From Cyclobacteriaceae bacterium (GTDB taxonomy: Bacteria > Bacteroidota > Bacteroidia > Cytophagales > Cyclobacteriaceae): DNA of 64,000 nucleotides. This document shows positions 47,722 to 58,576 of this stretch, piece after piece (position 1 is the first letter of the stretch; every line of letters starts with the position of its first letter). Below the pieces are notes generated by a model. The model did no database searches and was not told the DNA's origin. It saw only the letters and a program-made list of their open reading frames with translations. The stretch spans positions 10,716 through 74,715 of the forward strand of contig JAKISE010000001.1 in NCBI GenBank assembly GCA_021648745.1, written 5' to 3'. The position numbers and the translations under genes are program-made.

Positions 47722-48756
47722 ATGTTTAATTTCAAAGAAGCCCAATTAGAACAGTTAGCAATTCATTTTATAGGAAATGCGGCTGATGAAGAAGGAATGA
47801 CCCTTTCGAAACAGCTTATTCAGATTGATGCGGATATAACCTCCTTATTAAAGTCTTATTTCCTAAAACCGTTTAAAGAGCAAGAGCTCTATACATTCCA
47901 TCACGAATCTGACCTTGATCTAAATGAAATTTTTCATTATGTCTCTGCTATTTTTGATGACCCGGGGAGTCTTTACCTACAATCAATAAATATTGCCAAA
48001 CATTTGTACGAGTCATCGTCTCACCCCAATATTAAACCTGGCGAGCTGTACATTAGTTATTTTGATGAATGCGTTATTAACGGTGAAGTGGTAGAGGTAT
48101 TAGGCATCTTTAAATCGGAAAATAAGGATACTTATTTAAAAGTGTATCCTCAAGGAGAAGGTTTTGGGCTTGAAGGCGAACAAGGAATTAATATTAACAA
48201 GCTAGACAAGGGCTGCTTAATTTTTAATACCGAAAAAGAATCGGGTTTTAGAGTGGCGGTAGTTGATAATACTAATAAATCGAACGAAGCGCAGTATTGG
48301 ATTACTCAGTTTTTGCATATTACTCCCAACCAAGACAGCTACTATCACACAAAAAACTATCTATCGTTGTGTAAGAATTTTGCAGAAGAGGCTTTTCCGG
48401 AAGCGGATAAAGTAGATAAAATTGATCTGGTAAATAATGCAGTAGAATTTTTCTCAAAAAAGGAATCGTTTGATATAGAAGAATTTAATAACGAAGTTAT
48501 GCAAGATGAAACGGTCATTGAAAAGTTTCAGAGCTATAAAAATAACTTTCAAGAAACCAACGATATCCCTTCGTATGACGAGTTTGAAATTTCGAAACAA
48601 GCCGTAAAACAGAGTAAAAAGTTTATTAAATCGGTTATAAAACTAGATAAGAATTTTCATGTATATGTGCATGGTAATCGGCAAAATATTGTGCGGGGCT
48701 TCGATGAACAATTAAATTTGAGTACCTACACGCTCTATTTTAAGGAGGAATCTTAA
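47722..48756 (+). CDS. Nucleoid-associated protein, NdpA/YejK-like
   Basis: LAIHFIGN N-terminal motif typical of the family. 344 aa. Confidence 0.6.
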   Translation: MFNFKEAQLEQLAIHFIGNAADEEGMTLSKQLIQIDADITSLLKSYFLKPFKEQELYTFHHESDLDLNEIFHYVSAIFDDPGSLYLQSINIAKHLYESSSHPNIKPGELYISYFDECVINGEVVEVLGIFKSENKDTYLKVYPQGEGFGLEGEQGININKLDKGCLIFNTEKESGFRVAVVDNTNKSNEAQYWITQFLHITPNQDSYYHTKNYLSLCKNFAEEAFPEADKVDKIDLVNNAVEFFSKKESFDIEEFNNEVMQDETVIEKFQSYKNNFQETNDIPSYDEFEISKQAVKQSKKFIKSVIKLDKNFHVYVHGNRQNIVRGFDEQLNLSTYTLYFKEES

Positions 48757-49547
48757 AAAACCTGAGGGATTAATATACTAAAGCCTGCACTTAAAAAATA
48801 ATTGTTTTCAGAAATGCCCTTGCCAGCCGAAACATCCAACTGCATTTTTGGAGAAAGCAAGTAAGTAAATCCTCCATCAAATCCAAGAGTGGCCGTTTCT
48901 AAGTTGCTCAACAACCCATAACACTCCATAAACACTCCTAATTTTTCAGAAATCGAATATCCTAGTGCCATTGTATAGATTCCTGTTCCGTTGGGGTTTG
49001 TGTTATCACTTGACCAACCCAAGTTATAACCTAGGCTAAATTTATTGGAAAGCGTATGCGAGAGAGAAAATATAAAATTAACCAAGGCCTTATCATTTTC
49101 TAATTGTTGGCTACCAACAGGTAAAACGAGATGAGACAGCAACGCAATTTCTGGCCATAGTCCCTTTTCTGTTGTTAAATTAATTTTTGTACCAATTTGA
49201 AAATTGTCCATTCCATAGGTACTCCTCTGCTTTTCGGGAAGTGATGGATTATGTGTTTTCTCCTTTATAAACTGATTAAACAGCCTTAGTTCGACATTCT
49301 TAAACAGTCCTATTCGAGCCAATACTGCTGGAAATTGAACAAGAGTAGTCTTAAACGCAGTTGGCTCAGTTGGCTGTTCAACAAACATTATGATGCCTGT
49401 TTCTACCTGAATGCTTTTATGTGACACAGCGCGTGAAGACTCGGTTAAATCAGGGCGATCGGTAACAATAGTTATGGTATCTGCTTTTTGCGCAAAAGAC
49501 AATGAGCTCACTAACATAATTAGAGATAATAATTGGTATTTGAACAT
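48753..49547 (-). CDS. Outer-membrane beta-barrel transporter (MetA-pathway-like)
   Basis: Signal peptide. DRPDLTES...QVETG motif. Alternating beta-strand pattern and a C-terminal aromatic residue. Confidence 0.55.
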   Translation of the reverse strand: MFKYQLLSLIMLVSSLSFAQKADTITIVTDRPDLTESSRAVSHKSIQVETGIIMFVEQPTEPTAFKTTLVQFPAVLARIGLFKNVELRLFNQFIKEKTHNPSLPEKQRSTYGMDNFQIGTKINLTTEKGLWPEIALLSHLVLPVGSQQLENDKALVNFIFSLSHTLSNKFSLGYNLGWSSDNTNPNGTGIYTMALGYSISEKLGVFMECYGLLSNLETATLGFDGGFTYLLSPKMQLDVSAGKGISENNYFLSAGFSILIPQVF

Positions 49548-49656
49548 ATTTAGATTATCCTATAATTATTTTTAGGCAAATCTAAATTAAAATTATGGCA
49601 TGCGTAAACCAGATAGATTTTTTATCGCCAAATAATAAGAAAAGTAGGAACTCGTG

Positions 49657-49968
49657 CTAATCCAATTCAGATTCTAGCACTGTTCTAAAAGCAACAACCT
49701 TATCTCCATACCTGCTTGCATGCCTAGCCTGTAGCTCATTGGCATATTTTGCTTGATATTGTTGCAATTTGCTCATGGAAGTAGCAAAATATTGTATTGA
49801 ATATGTAAGTTCCTCTTCTTTCTGTAAAAGAACTTTATATATAGCATACGACTCGAACAAGCCGGTCGCCATTACTTCTTCAATGTGCGTCTGTTTCATC
49901 CAAATTAACCATTCTTCTACTATCGTTAAATCAACCGACACAGTTACGTTATACAAAATCATATCCAA
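49657..49968 (-). CDS. DUF4286-like small protein
   Basis: MILYNVTVSVD...W..W N-terminus typical of the family (from memory). Confidence 0.45.
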   Translation of the reverse strand: MDMILYNVTVSVDLTIVEEWLIWMKQTHIEEVMATGLFESYAIYKVLLQKEEELTYSIQYFATSMSKLQQYQAKYANELQARHASRYGDKVVAFRTVLESELD

Positions 49969-50229
49969 ATAAATTAAAAGTACAATTAGCTGATACTTAG
50001 GCCACTAAAAGATAAAATAAATTAAGTAGTATTAAACCGTTTACCTTTTGTTCTAACACTGGATAAACAAACACTAAAATAGTATTTTTCTACGAAAGGG
50101 TTTAGTTTAATTGTTTTCTCTAAAAAATCTATTTATCCTTTTTATTGAGTTCTTCGTAAGTATGTTATTCCTTTGTGGTCATTTTAAAAAATACTTCCAA
50201 AGAAATATTTTAATTATAGTGAATAATAT

Positions 50230-51312
50230 ATGGCTTTAGTTGGCTTTCTAATAGCATTAATAATTTCTTTCTACCTCTTAGCTGAGGTGAGCGATAGGTA
50301 CTTTGTGGTATCCTTAGATAAGATTTCTCAGAAATTTAACATGTCTCACGATATGGCTGGAGCCACATTTATGGCTATTGGCTCCAGTGCACCAGAACTG
50401 TTTGTTTCAATAATAGCCCTAGTTAGACCAGGAGATCATGCAGCAATTGGGGTAGGAACCATTGTGGGGTCCGCTCTGTTTAATTTGTTGGTAATTGTAG
50501 GAGCTGTAGCTATTGTAAAAAATGCAGTTATTGCTTGGCAACCAGTTATCAGAGATTTACTCTTTTACGGGTTAGCCATACTAGGGCTTTATTACGTGCT
50601 CTATGATGGGAGAATTGAATATTGGGAAGGCGCATTATTAATTTCTGTTTATGGTGTGTACCTCTATGCCGTCCTTAAATGGAAAAAGTGGTTTAATTAC
50701 GAGGAGTTGGATGCGGATCCTGAGGAAGAGACTGATGAAGAAAAAACCGGGTGGAAGGTGGTTTTTAAACCTTTGGACTGGTTCCTAGCTAGGTTTTTTC
50801 GTAAGCCAGAACATTTTATTTCTAACTTTACGGTATCCATATTAATGATTGCTTTCTTATGCTGGATTTTAGTAGAAAGTGCTATAGGAATTGCTCATAT
50901 ATTAGATATTCCTGAAATTGTTATTGCATTAACAGTGCTTGCGGTAGGAACCTCAGTGCCAGATATGGTATCCTCTGTAATTGTTGCAAAACAAGGCAGA
51001 GCTGGTATGGCCGTAAGCAATGCAATAGGGAGTAATATCTTCGATATTTTTATTGGCTTAGGAATTCCATGGTTCATAAAGTATTTAATTACTGGAAACG
51101 ACATTATATTCGATATTCAGGGGCTAGATATTTCTGTTGGGCTGCTTTTTGGTTCAGTAATTTTAATCCTATTCTTTCTTATTTGGAAAAAGTGGAAGCT
51201 TACACAAAACCTTGGCTTTATCCTCATACTACTTTACATCCTATATGTAATTTGGGAAATATTTAGATTTTATCTTCCACAAGGAGCTTCTATTGGGTTT
51301 TTAAATTTCTAA
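50230..51312 (+). CDS. Ca2+/Na+ antiporter (CaCA family, YrbG-like)
   Basis: Alpha-repeat motifs GATFMAIGSSAPELF and LAVGTSVPDMVSS. Confidence 0.8.
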   Translation: MALVGFLIALIISFYLLAEVSDRYFVVSLDKISQKFNMSHDMAGATFMAIGSSAPELFVSIIALVRPGDHAAIGVGTIVGSALFNLLVIVGAVAIVKNAVIAWQPVIRDLLFYGLAILGLYYVLYDGRIEYWEGALLISVYGVYLYAVLKWKKWFNYEELDADPEEETDEEKTGWKVVFKPLDWFLARFFRKPEHFISNFTVSILMIAFLCWILVESAIGIAHILDIPEIVIALTVLAVGTSVPDMVSSVIVAKQGRAGMAVSNAIGSNIFDIFIGLGIPWFIKYLITGNDIIFDIQGLDISVGLLFGSVILILFFLIWKKWKLTQNLGFILILLYILYVIWEIFRFYLPQGASIGFLNF

Positions 51313-51369
51313 TACAGTTATCCATAAAGCCCTCGTGTCATCCTGAGATATCTTTATTGTTTTGCATCT

Positions 51370-53505
51370 TTACATTCCCTTTTTAACCACATCAGGAATT
51401 ACACCCATATTGTACCAGGCAAAAGAATAACTATCAGCCGCTTGTTCTATTCTTTTTGTAGTTGGAGTGCCAGCTCCATGTCCAGCGTTGGTTTCTATAC
51501 GAATAAGAACTGGGTTAGGCCCCAACTGATTTTCTTGAAGGGTAGCAGCAAACTTAAATGAGTGGGCAGGAACAACCCTATCATCATGATCAGCAGTTGT
51601 AACCATAGTGGCTGGGTAATTGGCTGGTTTAAGATTATGAACAGGAGAATATCCTTTTAAATACTCAAACATTTCTTTGGAATCATCGGCTGTGCCATAA
51701 TCATAAGCCCAACCAGCCCCTGCTGTAAACTTGTGGTAGCGCAGCATATCCATAACCCCAACTGCTGGGAATGCCACTTTTGCAATGTCTGGTTGCTGCG
51801 TCATTATTGCGCCAACTAATAAGCCACCATTAGACCCTCCGGCTATTGCAAGGTAATCGCTAGACGTATAGTTTTTATCTTTTAAGTATTGGGCTGCCGC
51901 TATAAAATCATCAAACACATTTTGCTTTTGCATTTTAGTGCCAGCCAAATGCCATTTTTCACCATATTCGCCACCACCTCTCAAATTTGGCTGGGCGTAA
52001 ATGCCTCCATTTTCTAACCAAATAATTCTACTTGTGCTAAACCTAGGTGTTAGGCTAACATTAAACCCACCATAAGCATATAAATAGGTCGGGTTTTTCC
52101 CATTTAGCTCAATTCCTTTCTTATACACTATAAACATCGGCACTTTGGTTCCGTCCTTACTTTCATAAAACACTTGTTCTGTTACATAATCATCAAGATT
52201 AAAAGCCACTTTCGGCTTAATGTAGAGCTCTGATTTGCCTGTATTTATGTCGTACTTGTAAATAGCCGATGGGGTTGTAAATGAAGTAAAGGTGTAATAC
52301 AAGGACGTGTCTTCTTTTAAAGCTCCAAAGCCATAGGCACTTCCAATGCCAGGTAATTCGATTTCTCTTACTTTGGTACCATCCATTAAATATTGCACAA
52401 TCTGAGCTTTTGCATCTACTAAATACCTTGCGAAAATTTTACCCCCTCCTGTAGATGAACTTAGTACATTTTCGGTTTCAGGTATTACATCAACCCAATT
52501 TTCAGCTGTTGGGTTGGCTGAATTTACTTTAACTAATCTATTATTGGGTGCATTAAAATTGGTATGAATAAAAAGATCCTCCCCTTCATTTTCCAGTATG
52601 TAACTGTTGTTATCAAAATTATCCACTACAGTTACAAGTATTGGCTTGCTTAATGATAAATCCATAAAATAAAGCTCATTGCCGGAAGTACTTTCAGAAG
52701 CACTAATTATTAAAAACCGTTCATCTTCAGTTAGTCCAGCACCTACATATCTTCTTTCCTGATTTTCTCCTCCAAAAATTAGCTCATCTTCTGCTTGAGC
52801 TGTGCCTAGTTTATGGTAAAAAAGCTTGTGTTGCTGAGTCTTGCTAGAAAGTTCGCTTCCTTTGGGCTTATCATAGCTACTATAATAAAAGCCGTCAGTG
52901 CCTCTCCAAGATAATCCGCTAAATTTTATGTCTTTTAATGTATCGCCAAGAATTTCTTTCGTTTCTGTGTTCATAATAATTGCTTTACGCCAGTCAGACC
53001 CACCTTCTGATATTTGGTAAGCTACTAAAGATCCGTCTGCAGTAAAACTGGTGCCTGCTAAAGAAATAGTTCCATCTTCTCTAAAGTTATTAGGGTTCAG
53101 AAAAACTTCTTCAACATCAGAATCTACTTTTTTTCTATAAAAAACGTTTTGGTTTTGCAATCCATCATTTCTGTAAAAATATTCCCAATTTCCATGCTTG
53201 GTTGGTGCATAAACTCGCTCATAGTTCATAAGATCTTCTAACCTCGACTTAACCTTATCGCGGTAAGGAATATGATTTAAGTAGCCAAAAGTAACTTCAT
53301 TTTCGGCCTTAACCCATTCACCTGTAGCCTCAGAAGTGTCATTTTCTAACCATCTGTATGGGTCAGGCACTTCAACCCCAAAATAGGTATCAACATGGTC
53401 AATTTTGGCTGTTTCAGGATAATTGGTCATTGGCTTGTCTTCACTTGAAGTACAAGACAGTACTGCAAAAGCCGTAACTACGATTAGAAAGTTTAGAGTT
53501 CTCAT
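51370..53505 (-). CDS. Prolyl oligopeptidase (S9A)
   Basis: DPYRWLEND N-terminal motif. GGSNGGLLVGA nucleophile elbow. Lipoprotein signal. Confidence 0.85.
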   Translation of the reverse strand: MRTLNFLIVVTAFAVLSCTSSEDKPMTNYPETAKIDHVDTYFGVEVPDPYRWLENDTSEATGEWVKAENEVTFGYLNHIPYRDKVKSRLEDLMNYERVYAPTKHGNWEYFYRNDGLQNQNVFYRKKVDSDVEEVFLNPNNFREDGTISLAGTSFTADGSLVAYQISEGGSDWRKAIIMNTETKEILGDTLKDIKFSGLSWRGTDGFYYSSYDKPKGSELSSKTQQHKLFYHKLGTAQAEDELIFGGENQERRYVGAGLTEDERFLIISASESTSGNELYFMDLSLSKPILVTVVDNFDNNSYILENEGEDLFIHTNFNAPNNRLVKVNSANPTAENWVDVIPETENVLSSSTGGGKIFARYLVDAKAQIVQYLMDGTKVREIELPGIGSAYGFGALKEDTSLYYTFTSFTTPSAIYKYDINTGKSELYIKPKVAFNLDDYVTEQVFYESKDGTKVPMFIVYKKGIELNGKNPTYLYAYGGFNVSLTPRFSTSRIIWLENGGIYAQPNLRGGGEYGEKWHLAGTKMQKQNVFDDFIAAAQYLKDKNYTSSDYLAIAGGSNGGLLVGAIMTQQPDIAKVAFPAVGVMDMLRYHKFTAGAGWAYDYGTADDSKEMFEYLKGYSPVHNLKPANYPATMVTTADHDDRVVPAHSFKFAATLQENQLGPNPVLIRIETNAGHGAGTPTTKRIEQAADSYSFAWYNMGVIPDVVKKGM

Positions 53506-53666
53506 AATAATTAATTTTAGTCTATAAATTTACATTTATAATGTAAGTTATGAAACTAATATTATGCAAGCGGAACGAATTAGTGATAGCAATTAGATTT
53601 GAATTGAAAAGAAATTGGTAAATTGTGTTTTAAAGAGATTAATCAATACTCTATTTTCAATTATAA

Positions 53667-54920
53667 ATGGAAGTGAACCCTTCACATAGCGGCTGGCTAT
53701 CAGATTATTTAGAGTACCGGAAAACGATTTTCCAGTCTTTTTTAAAGGATACTGCAGCCGACAGCCATCCTGAACATTCTATGTACCGCATATTGCAGCC
53801 ATCTGGTATTATGTATGGGCATCCGTTAAAAAACGAAAGTGTAGCTGATACTACTGAACTTAATAAGCTTAAGCTTTTAATGGCAGAGAGCCTTATTAGC
53901 GGGTCTTTGATTTACCACCAACAAGAAATTAATAACGAAGATGATTTCTCGGAGGTGATAATGAAGACGGTGCATAAAATCGGTGACTTTTATAACAAAA
54001 TTTATCCTGAGCTGTCAGTTTCGAAGCACACGTTTTTAGGAAAGAAAAAATCTCCCCTAGAAATTGCAGAAAAAATACTGGAAAAAAGGGTTCGAAAAAC
54101 AAGCAAAAAACAAACTAATTATTGGGTTCAGTTCTTTGATAATATTATACTTTTTCTTGACATTTACTTTTTTGGACAGTGGATGCACACCAGCTCAGAA
54201 AAAATGATTGCTGAATTTTTTCAGCAAGAGAAGGAGGAACTTAGGTTGAGTATTATTAAGGTAATGTCAGCGGCTGCTCATGCCAATAAAAATATTGAAG
54301 AGGAGGAACAAGCGTTATTTGATTTCTTCTTAAAGTCTTCGCATTTATCGTCTCGCCAAAAAGAAGAAGCACGAAGAGACTTTAAAAAAGGGATTCGATT
54401 ATCTGACATTTACATTCCAAACCAGAACTCTTGGTTGTTAAAAAAGTTTTTTCTAGAGTTAGCTATTTTAACAATTTGGGTTGATCGAAAACTTGAGGAT
54501 TCTGAAATGATTTTTTTAAAGGCTTTTACTGAGAAAATGGGCTTCTATGAGGAAGATTTGAACAATAGCCTTTTGGCCGTAGAAGGATTTATACTAGAAA
54601 ATTGGGAGCAGTTAAACCATCTAAGATCTGGGCATGACCTTACAGAAATTGGCACAGAGTACTTAAAACGGGCTAAAAGTACCACTGATAAAAACGCTAT
54701 TCGCATAAACGATGAACTCAAGAAAAATACAAATCTTAGCAAGCTCCTTATAAAATCAAAAAGCGAAGATTTATCTAAAGAAGAGCAGCAACAACTTCAT
54801 AAAGGACTAATTAAGATTTTAAAAGCGGTACCTACATTTGTTATAATTGGCTTGCCTGTTTCTTATTTAACACTACCGATGCTCATAAAAATTTTACCAC
54901 GTGAGAATTTGAGCTCTTAG
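53667..54920 (+). CDS. Hypothetical protein with TerB-like repeats and a C-terminal TM segment (LETM1-related?)
   Basis: Two repeats of the KVMSAAAHANKNIEEEEQALFDFF type. C-terminal LSKEEQQQL...TM. Weak assignment. Confidence 0.4.
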   Translation: MEVNPSHSGWLSDYLEYRKTIFQSFLKDTAADSHPEHSMYRILQPSGIMYGHPLKNESVADTTELNKLKLLMAESLISGSLIYHQQEINNEDDFSEVIMKTVHKIGDFYNKIYPELSVSKHTFLGKKKSPLEIAEKILEKRVRKTSKKQTNYWVQFFDNIILFLDIYFFGQWMHTSSEKMIAEFFQQEKEELRLSIIKVMSAAAHANKNIEEEEQALFDFFLKSSHLSSRQKEEARRDFKKGIRLSDIYIPNQNSWLLKKFFLELAILTIWVDRKLEDSEMIFLKAFTEKMGFYEEDLNNSLLAVEGFILENWEQLNHLRSGHDLTEIGTEYLKRAKSTTDKNAIRINDELKKNTNLSKLLIKSKSEDLSKEEQQQLHKGLIKILKAVPTFVIIGLPVSYLTLPMLIKILPRENLSS

Positions 54921-55002
54921 GAATTCAGATTAGTAGTGCCAAACAATGTCAAAAAAAATAATATAGGTAAAGAAGGTACTCTCATACAGGGTTAACCTAC
55001 TT

Positions 55003-55263
55003 ACCTGAGTTCGACCTAAGGAATACTGTCAGCTTTAAGTGAAAATTTCATAAACGACTCAAATTTATGTAGGACTAACGAGTTAATTCAAATAAATTTG
55101 AGGAAGTTTAGGGAAATTTCACTAAAGCCCAAGGGAAAATATCTAGCAGGCAATCTTTTAGTAATAAAAATCTTAAAATAATCCATTATTTTTTCACTTT
55201 TTATTTCCAAAATCTCACCTACTATCTTATTTTCTGGCAGCATTCCTTAGGTCGAACTCAGGT
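55003..55263 (-). mobile_element. MITE-1, subfamily A, full-length copy (261 bp), inverted orientation
   Basis: Near-identical to the reverse complement of 4344-4604. 5-bp TSD TACTT (54998-55002 and 55264-55268). Its last base forms part of the stop codon of CDS 55263-55970. Confidence 0.85.
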
Positions 55264-55970
55264 TACTTGGTTTCTTCTGGTTTCGCTCGGCCAATAGGTA
55301 TGCCTACATGCACATAGAAACTATTATTTTTAGAGTTAAAATTGTCGTCTTTGAATGCATTGGTTAATCCATAAACATACTTAATGCCCACATTCATTCC
55401 AGTACCCTTTCTCAATTTATAACCAATACCCCCGATGGCTGCCACTTCAATTCTATTAAATAAATCGCTATTATTGGTTTTAACTGTAAGCTCCTTATCA
55501 TCTTTTTCGTTACTATAAGTTAAAAAAGCCTTGGTTCTTAGCGCAAACTGAGGGCCAAGGTGAACATAAAAATGATTTTTAAACCGGTATTTTAGTGCAA
55601 CAGGTACATGGAAATAAGAAGTTTTTTGCTCATATGATCCGGAATCAGAAAAAACAGTGGCAGGGTCCAAGATGAGCACATCGCTTTCTCTTAAGTTATT
55701 TAACCCAACATTTGATTTTACTAGAACACCTGTATTAAGGTATAATTGGTTTTTCAGTTTAAAATCAAAATAAAAACCAAGGTTAAAAGCCGTTGTTGGT
55801 GTGCCGCTTTCGAAGCCAGTCATTTTAGAATAGTTATACCCAAGATCCAAGCCGAATTCAATCTTGTCAGAATTAAGCTTATCCCCTAATAGCAGAGAAA
55901 TTAATACCTGAGATTTAACTATATGAGTTACAAATACTAATAAGAGTAAAGCGATTGATTTTTTAGTCAT
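55263..55970 (-). CDS. Outer-membrane beta-barrel (porin-family) protein
   Basis: Signal peptide. Alternating beta pattern typical of the OMP_b-brl family. Confidence 0.6.
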   Translation of the reverse strand: MTKKSIALLLLVFVTHIVKSQVLISLLLGDKLNSDKIEFGLDLGYNYSKMTGFESGTPTTAFNLGFYFDFKLKNQLYLNTGVLVKSNVGLNNLRESDVLILDPATVFSDSGSYEQKTSYFHVPVALKYRFKNHFYVHLGPQFALRTKAFLTYSNEKDDKELTVKTNNSDLFNRIEVAAIGGIGYKLRKGTGMNVGIKYVYGLTNAFKDDNFNSKNNSFYVHVGIPIGRAKPEETK

Positions 55971-56458
55971 CTTTTGGTTGTCAACAGATTAATTAGATTT
56001 TTTCTGCCTACTATTTCAACTAAAAAGTGGATAAAGAAAAAACCTACAAAGCAAAAATAGATATAAATAGAGTGAGCGAGTAACATTGCTCCATTACCAC
56101 GCCCAAACAAATGTGACTGCCAAGTGCCAAATAGAGGATCTTCGATCCAATAATGAATGGTTTTTTCAATGATGGAAACTAGAAAAACTAAGGAAGCATA
56201 AGATAATGCCTTTAATAAAATTGCATTAATTGGTTTAAACCCAGCCATCTTTTTTTGAATAGGCGATTTATCAATAACAAATACCACTTTACCAATGGCC
56301 AAGGCTCCAATAAAAGCGGTGCTCCATCCATAAAAGGTAATGTTGTGCTGAAAAAGCACAAGCTTTTTTATAACTATAAAAATGGCAAAACAGACAAAAA
56401 AATAAAGAGTGATTACTCCTACATCAATCATCTCTTTTTTTACTTTTTCAATATTCAT
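55967..56458 (-). CDS. Integral membrane hypothetical protein
   Basis: 163 aa, 4-5 TM segments. ATGA overlap with the downstream gene. Confidence 0.5.
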   Translation of the reverse strand: MNIEKVKKEMIDVGVITLYFFVCFAIFIVIKKLVLFQHNITFYGWSTAFIGALAIGKVVFVIDKSPIQKKMAGFKPINAILLKALSYASLVFLVSIIEKTIHYWIEDPLFGTWQSHLFGRGNGAMLLAHSIYIYFCFVGFFFIHFLVEIVGRKNLINLLTTKR

Positions 56459-56461
56459 TAT

Positions 56462-56998
56462 TTAAAATCTTTTACCAACACCTAAACCTACAGTCCAGGA
56501 GTCATACAAATCTTCTTTAATATCGAACACCAAACCAGGAGCAATATCCCAATTATCTCCAATTTCAATTTCATACTCAACACCTATGCGGTACATCCAA
56601 AAATTTTTATTCTCCTCAAACTCTCTGCCAAAACCTCCTATTAATTCTAGTCCTTTCCAAGGGTTATAAATGCCTACTAAAGCTACAATAAAAGGTCTTG
56701 TTCTTTCAAGTTCTTGTCCATTTTCATCTTCAATAATATAGGTAGAAATTTCCATATCGCTATGGATACCAAGTGCAAATTTACGATTGAACCAGTACTC
56801 ATAATTAAACCCCCAAGAAGGCATAATTATCCCTTTGTCACCAGTAGATGATTGAAACGCTTTAGGTACATGGGTTTGGCTTATTATAATTGAGAGTCGA
56901 TTATGCTTAAATACTTCTTCCTCTTCACTTTCTGAGGTTAGATCTTGTGCTTGCAATGAACCAAATGCTGCTACTAGTAAAATCCAAATCCACTTCAT
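56462..56998 (-). CDS. Secreted beta-rich hypothetical protein
   Basis: Signal peptide MKWIWILLVAAFGSLQA. C-terminal ...GVGKRF. Confidence 0.5.
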   Translation of the reverse strand: MKWIWILLVAAFGSLQAQDLTSESEEEEVFKHNRLSIIISQTHVPKAFQSSTGDKGIIMPSWGFNYEYWFNRKFALGIHSDMEISTYIIEDENGQELERTRPFIVALVGIYNPWKGLELIGGFGREFEENKNFWMYRIGVEYEIEIGDNWDIAPGLVFDIKEDLYDSWTVGLGVGKRF

Positions 56999-57124
56999 AC
57001 TTTCAATTTCAACAATTTTTTCACTAAAGGTATTAGATTTAGATTACTTGATAATGATATGTAATCCTAAATCAGGAAAACCCAAATTTAAGTTACTGAA
57101 AGAATTAAATGACCTATGAATCAA

Positions 57125-57835
57125 TTAATCCTGCTTTTTTAAAGGAAATACTTGGACTGCATTAAAATCTTCCGTTTTTAACGATACAAAATAATGATGA
57201 ATAGCATCCCTTTTGTCAAACTCACCATTTCGGTTTATGTCTTCAATTGTTCTAAAATAGACTCTATCGGCTACTGTCATTAACTCCCAATCGAGCAATT
57301 GATGACCATCAACACTTAATTTTTTAAACTTGGTGCCATTAGAGTTGGCTATGTAAAGTGAAACAACATCTTCGTAGGTTAATTTATGATCCAAGTTTGT
57401 GTCCTTGTCCACAACCTCTAATAAAATAATGTTGGCAGTAGCATGTACCATATGAAAGCTTCTAATTTTAATTTGCTCAGTCGTTAAATCTCTAATATGA
57501 ATAGAGTCTATGTGTTGAAATTTGATATTATCAATATCTCCACTCACCGATTCGCCATCGAAATAGCCCACGGAAAAGGAATCCCCATCACTACTGCCAG
57601 AGCCCATGTAAAATTTTGAATCTCTACCGTAGCTTTGGGTTTTACCTACCACAAAAAGCAAGTAATTGGTGCTATCAAAATGAATGGGTAGGTTAGCCAT
57701 GGGAACAGCTGTGGTGTCAATTATAAGCCCAGCAGCAGTGGTATCTTGCGTGTAAACCACCTTGGGTTTATCGTTGTTTGTGCAAGCCAATGCAATAACT
57801 ACTAATAGGATGAATTGTGCTATTCTTATTTTCAT
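57125..57835 (-). CDS. Lipoprotein, hypothetical
   Basis: Lipobox VIALAC. ATGA overlap with the upstream pentapeptide-repeat gene. Confidence 0.5.
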   Translation of the reverse strand: MKIRIAQFILLVVIALACTNNDKPKVVYTQDTTAAGLIIDTTAVPMANLPIHFDSTNYLLFVVGKTQSYGRDSKFYMGSGSSDGDSFSVGYFDGESVSGDIDNIKFQHIDSIHIRDLTTEQIKIRSFHMVHATANIILLEVVDKDTNLDHKLTYEDVVSLYIANSNGTKFKKLSVDGHQLLDWELMTVADRVYFRTIEDINRNGEFDKRDAIHHYFVSLKTEDFNAVQVFPLKKQD

Positions 57836-58386
57836 TTTATAATGATATCATATTTAGCTAACAAACCCATCGCTCCTTCTCTTGAAAATTTGGCTTTTCT
57901 TACCCTGTTAGCGTCTGGGTCTATTGTGTGATTAATTGAAGAGCTCAAATCGGCTTTTTCAAGATTGGTTTGATCGAATTGTGCTCCTCTTAAATCGCAT
58001 TCCAAAAATTGAGATTCTGCTAGGTCTGCTTCTGCAAAATCAACTTCTTCGAGCAAGCACTTTTTAATTATAATTTTCTTGAGTTTAAGCTGATAAAAGG
58101 ATGCATAGTTTAGCATACAATGCTCAAAATGCAAATTGAGTAAAAATGGGTTGGCTTCAGAAAAATTAATACCTAAGAGTTTACAATGCAGAAATGTTAC
58201 CTCTTTACACGAAGTGTTTTTTACTTGCACAGAGCTTAAATCACAGTGTTCAAATACACATTCAATAAATGTATAGTTTGAGAAGTCTTGTTTTGAAAAA
58301 GAACAATGTTTAAAGGTGCAGTTAGTGTATTCTCCTTGCTTCAAGGAGTCTAGTTTTTCAAATGTCTTATTATCGGATGATTCCAT
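57832..58386 (-). CDS. Pentapeptide-repeat protein
   Basis: Tandem A(D/N)LxX-type pentads (CTFKHCSFSKQDFSNYTFIECVFEHCDLSS...). Confidence 0.8.
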   Translation of the reverse strand: MESSDNKTFEKLDSLKQGEYTNCTFKHCSFSKQDFSNYTFIECVFEHCDLSSVQVKNTSCKEVTFLHCKLLGINFSEANPFLLNLHFEHCMLNYASFYQLKLKKIIIKKCLLEEVDFAEADLAESQFLECDLRGAQFDQTNLEKADLSSSINHTIDPDANRVRKAKFSREGAMGLLAKYDIIIK

Positions 58387-58576
58387 TTAAACTGTTTATG
58401 CTTCTTTCGCTCTTCAAGTCCTGCGACCATTGAAGATTAATAAAAATTAAATATGCTCGTTTTCAACGGTCGGAGACCTTGAAAAACGACATTACTCTAA
58501 GTTAAATTTTATTTGATTACTCTGCTCTAATTCATGAAACTTCTTGTACTGTTCCCTCCCTCCAAACCAATTCAAA

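Noticed and set aside
58400-58500. Two small related hairpins (cttcaa-gtcctgcgacca-ttgaag and cgttttcaa-cggtcggagacc-ttgaaaaacg) downstream of the pentapeptide-repeat gene (whose start codon is at 58386).
   Set aside because: The stems are short (6-9 bp) and occur only once in the window. They could be leftover sequence from the deletion that truncated the RAYT/MITE. Not enough evidence to call a feature.
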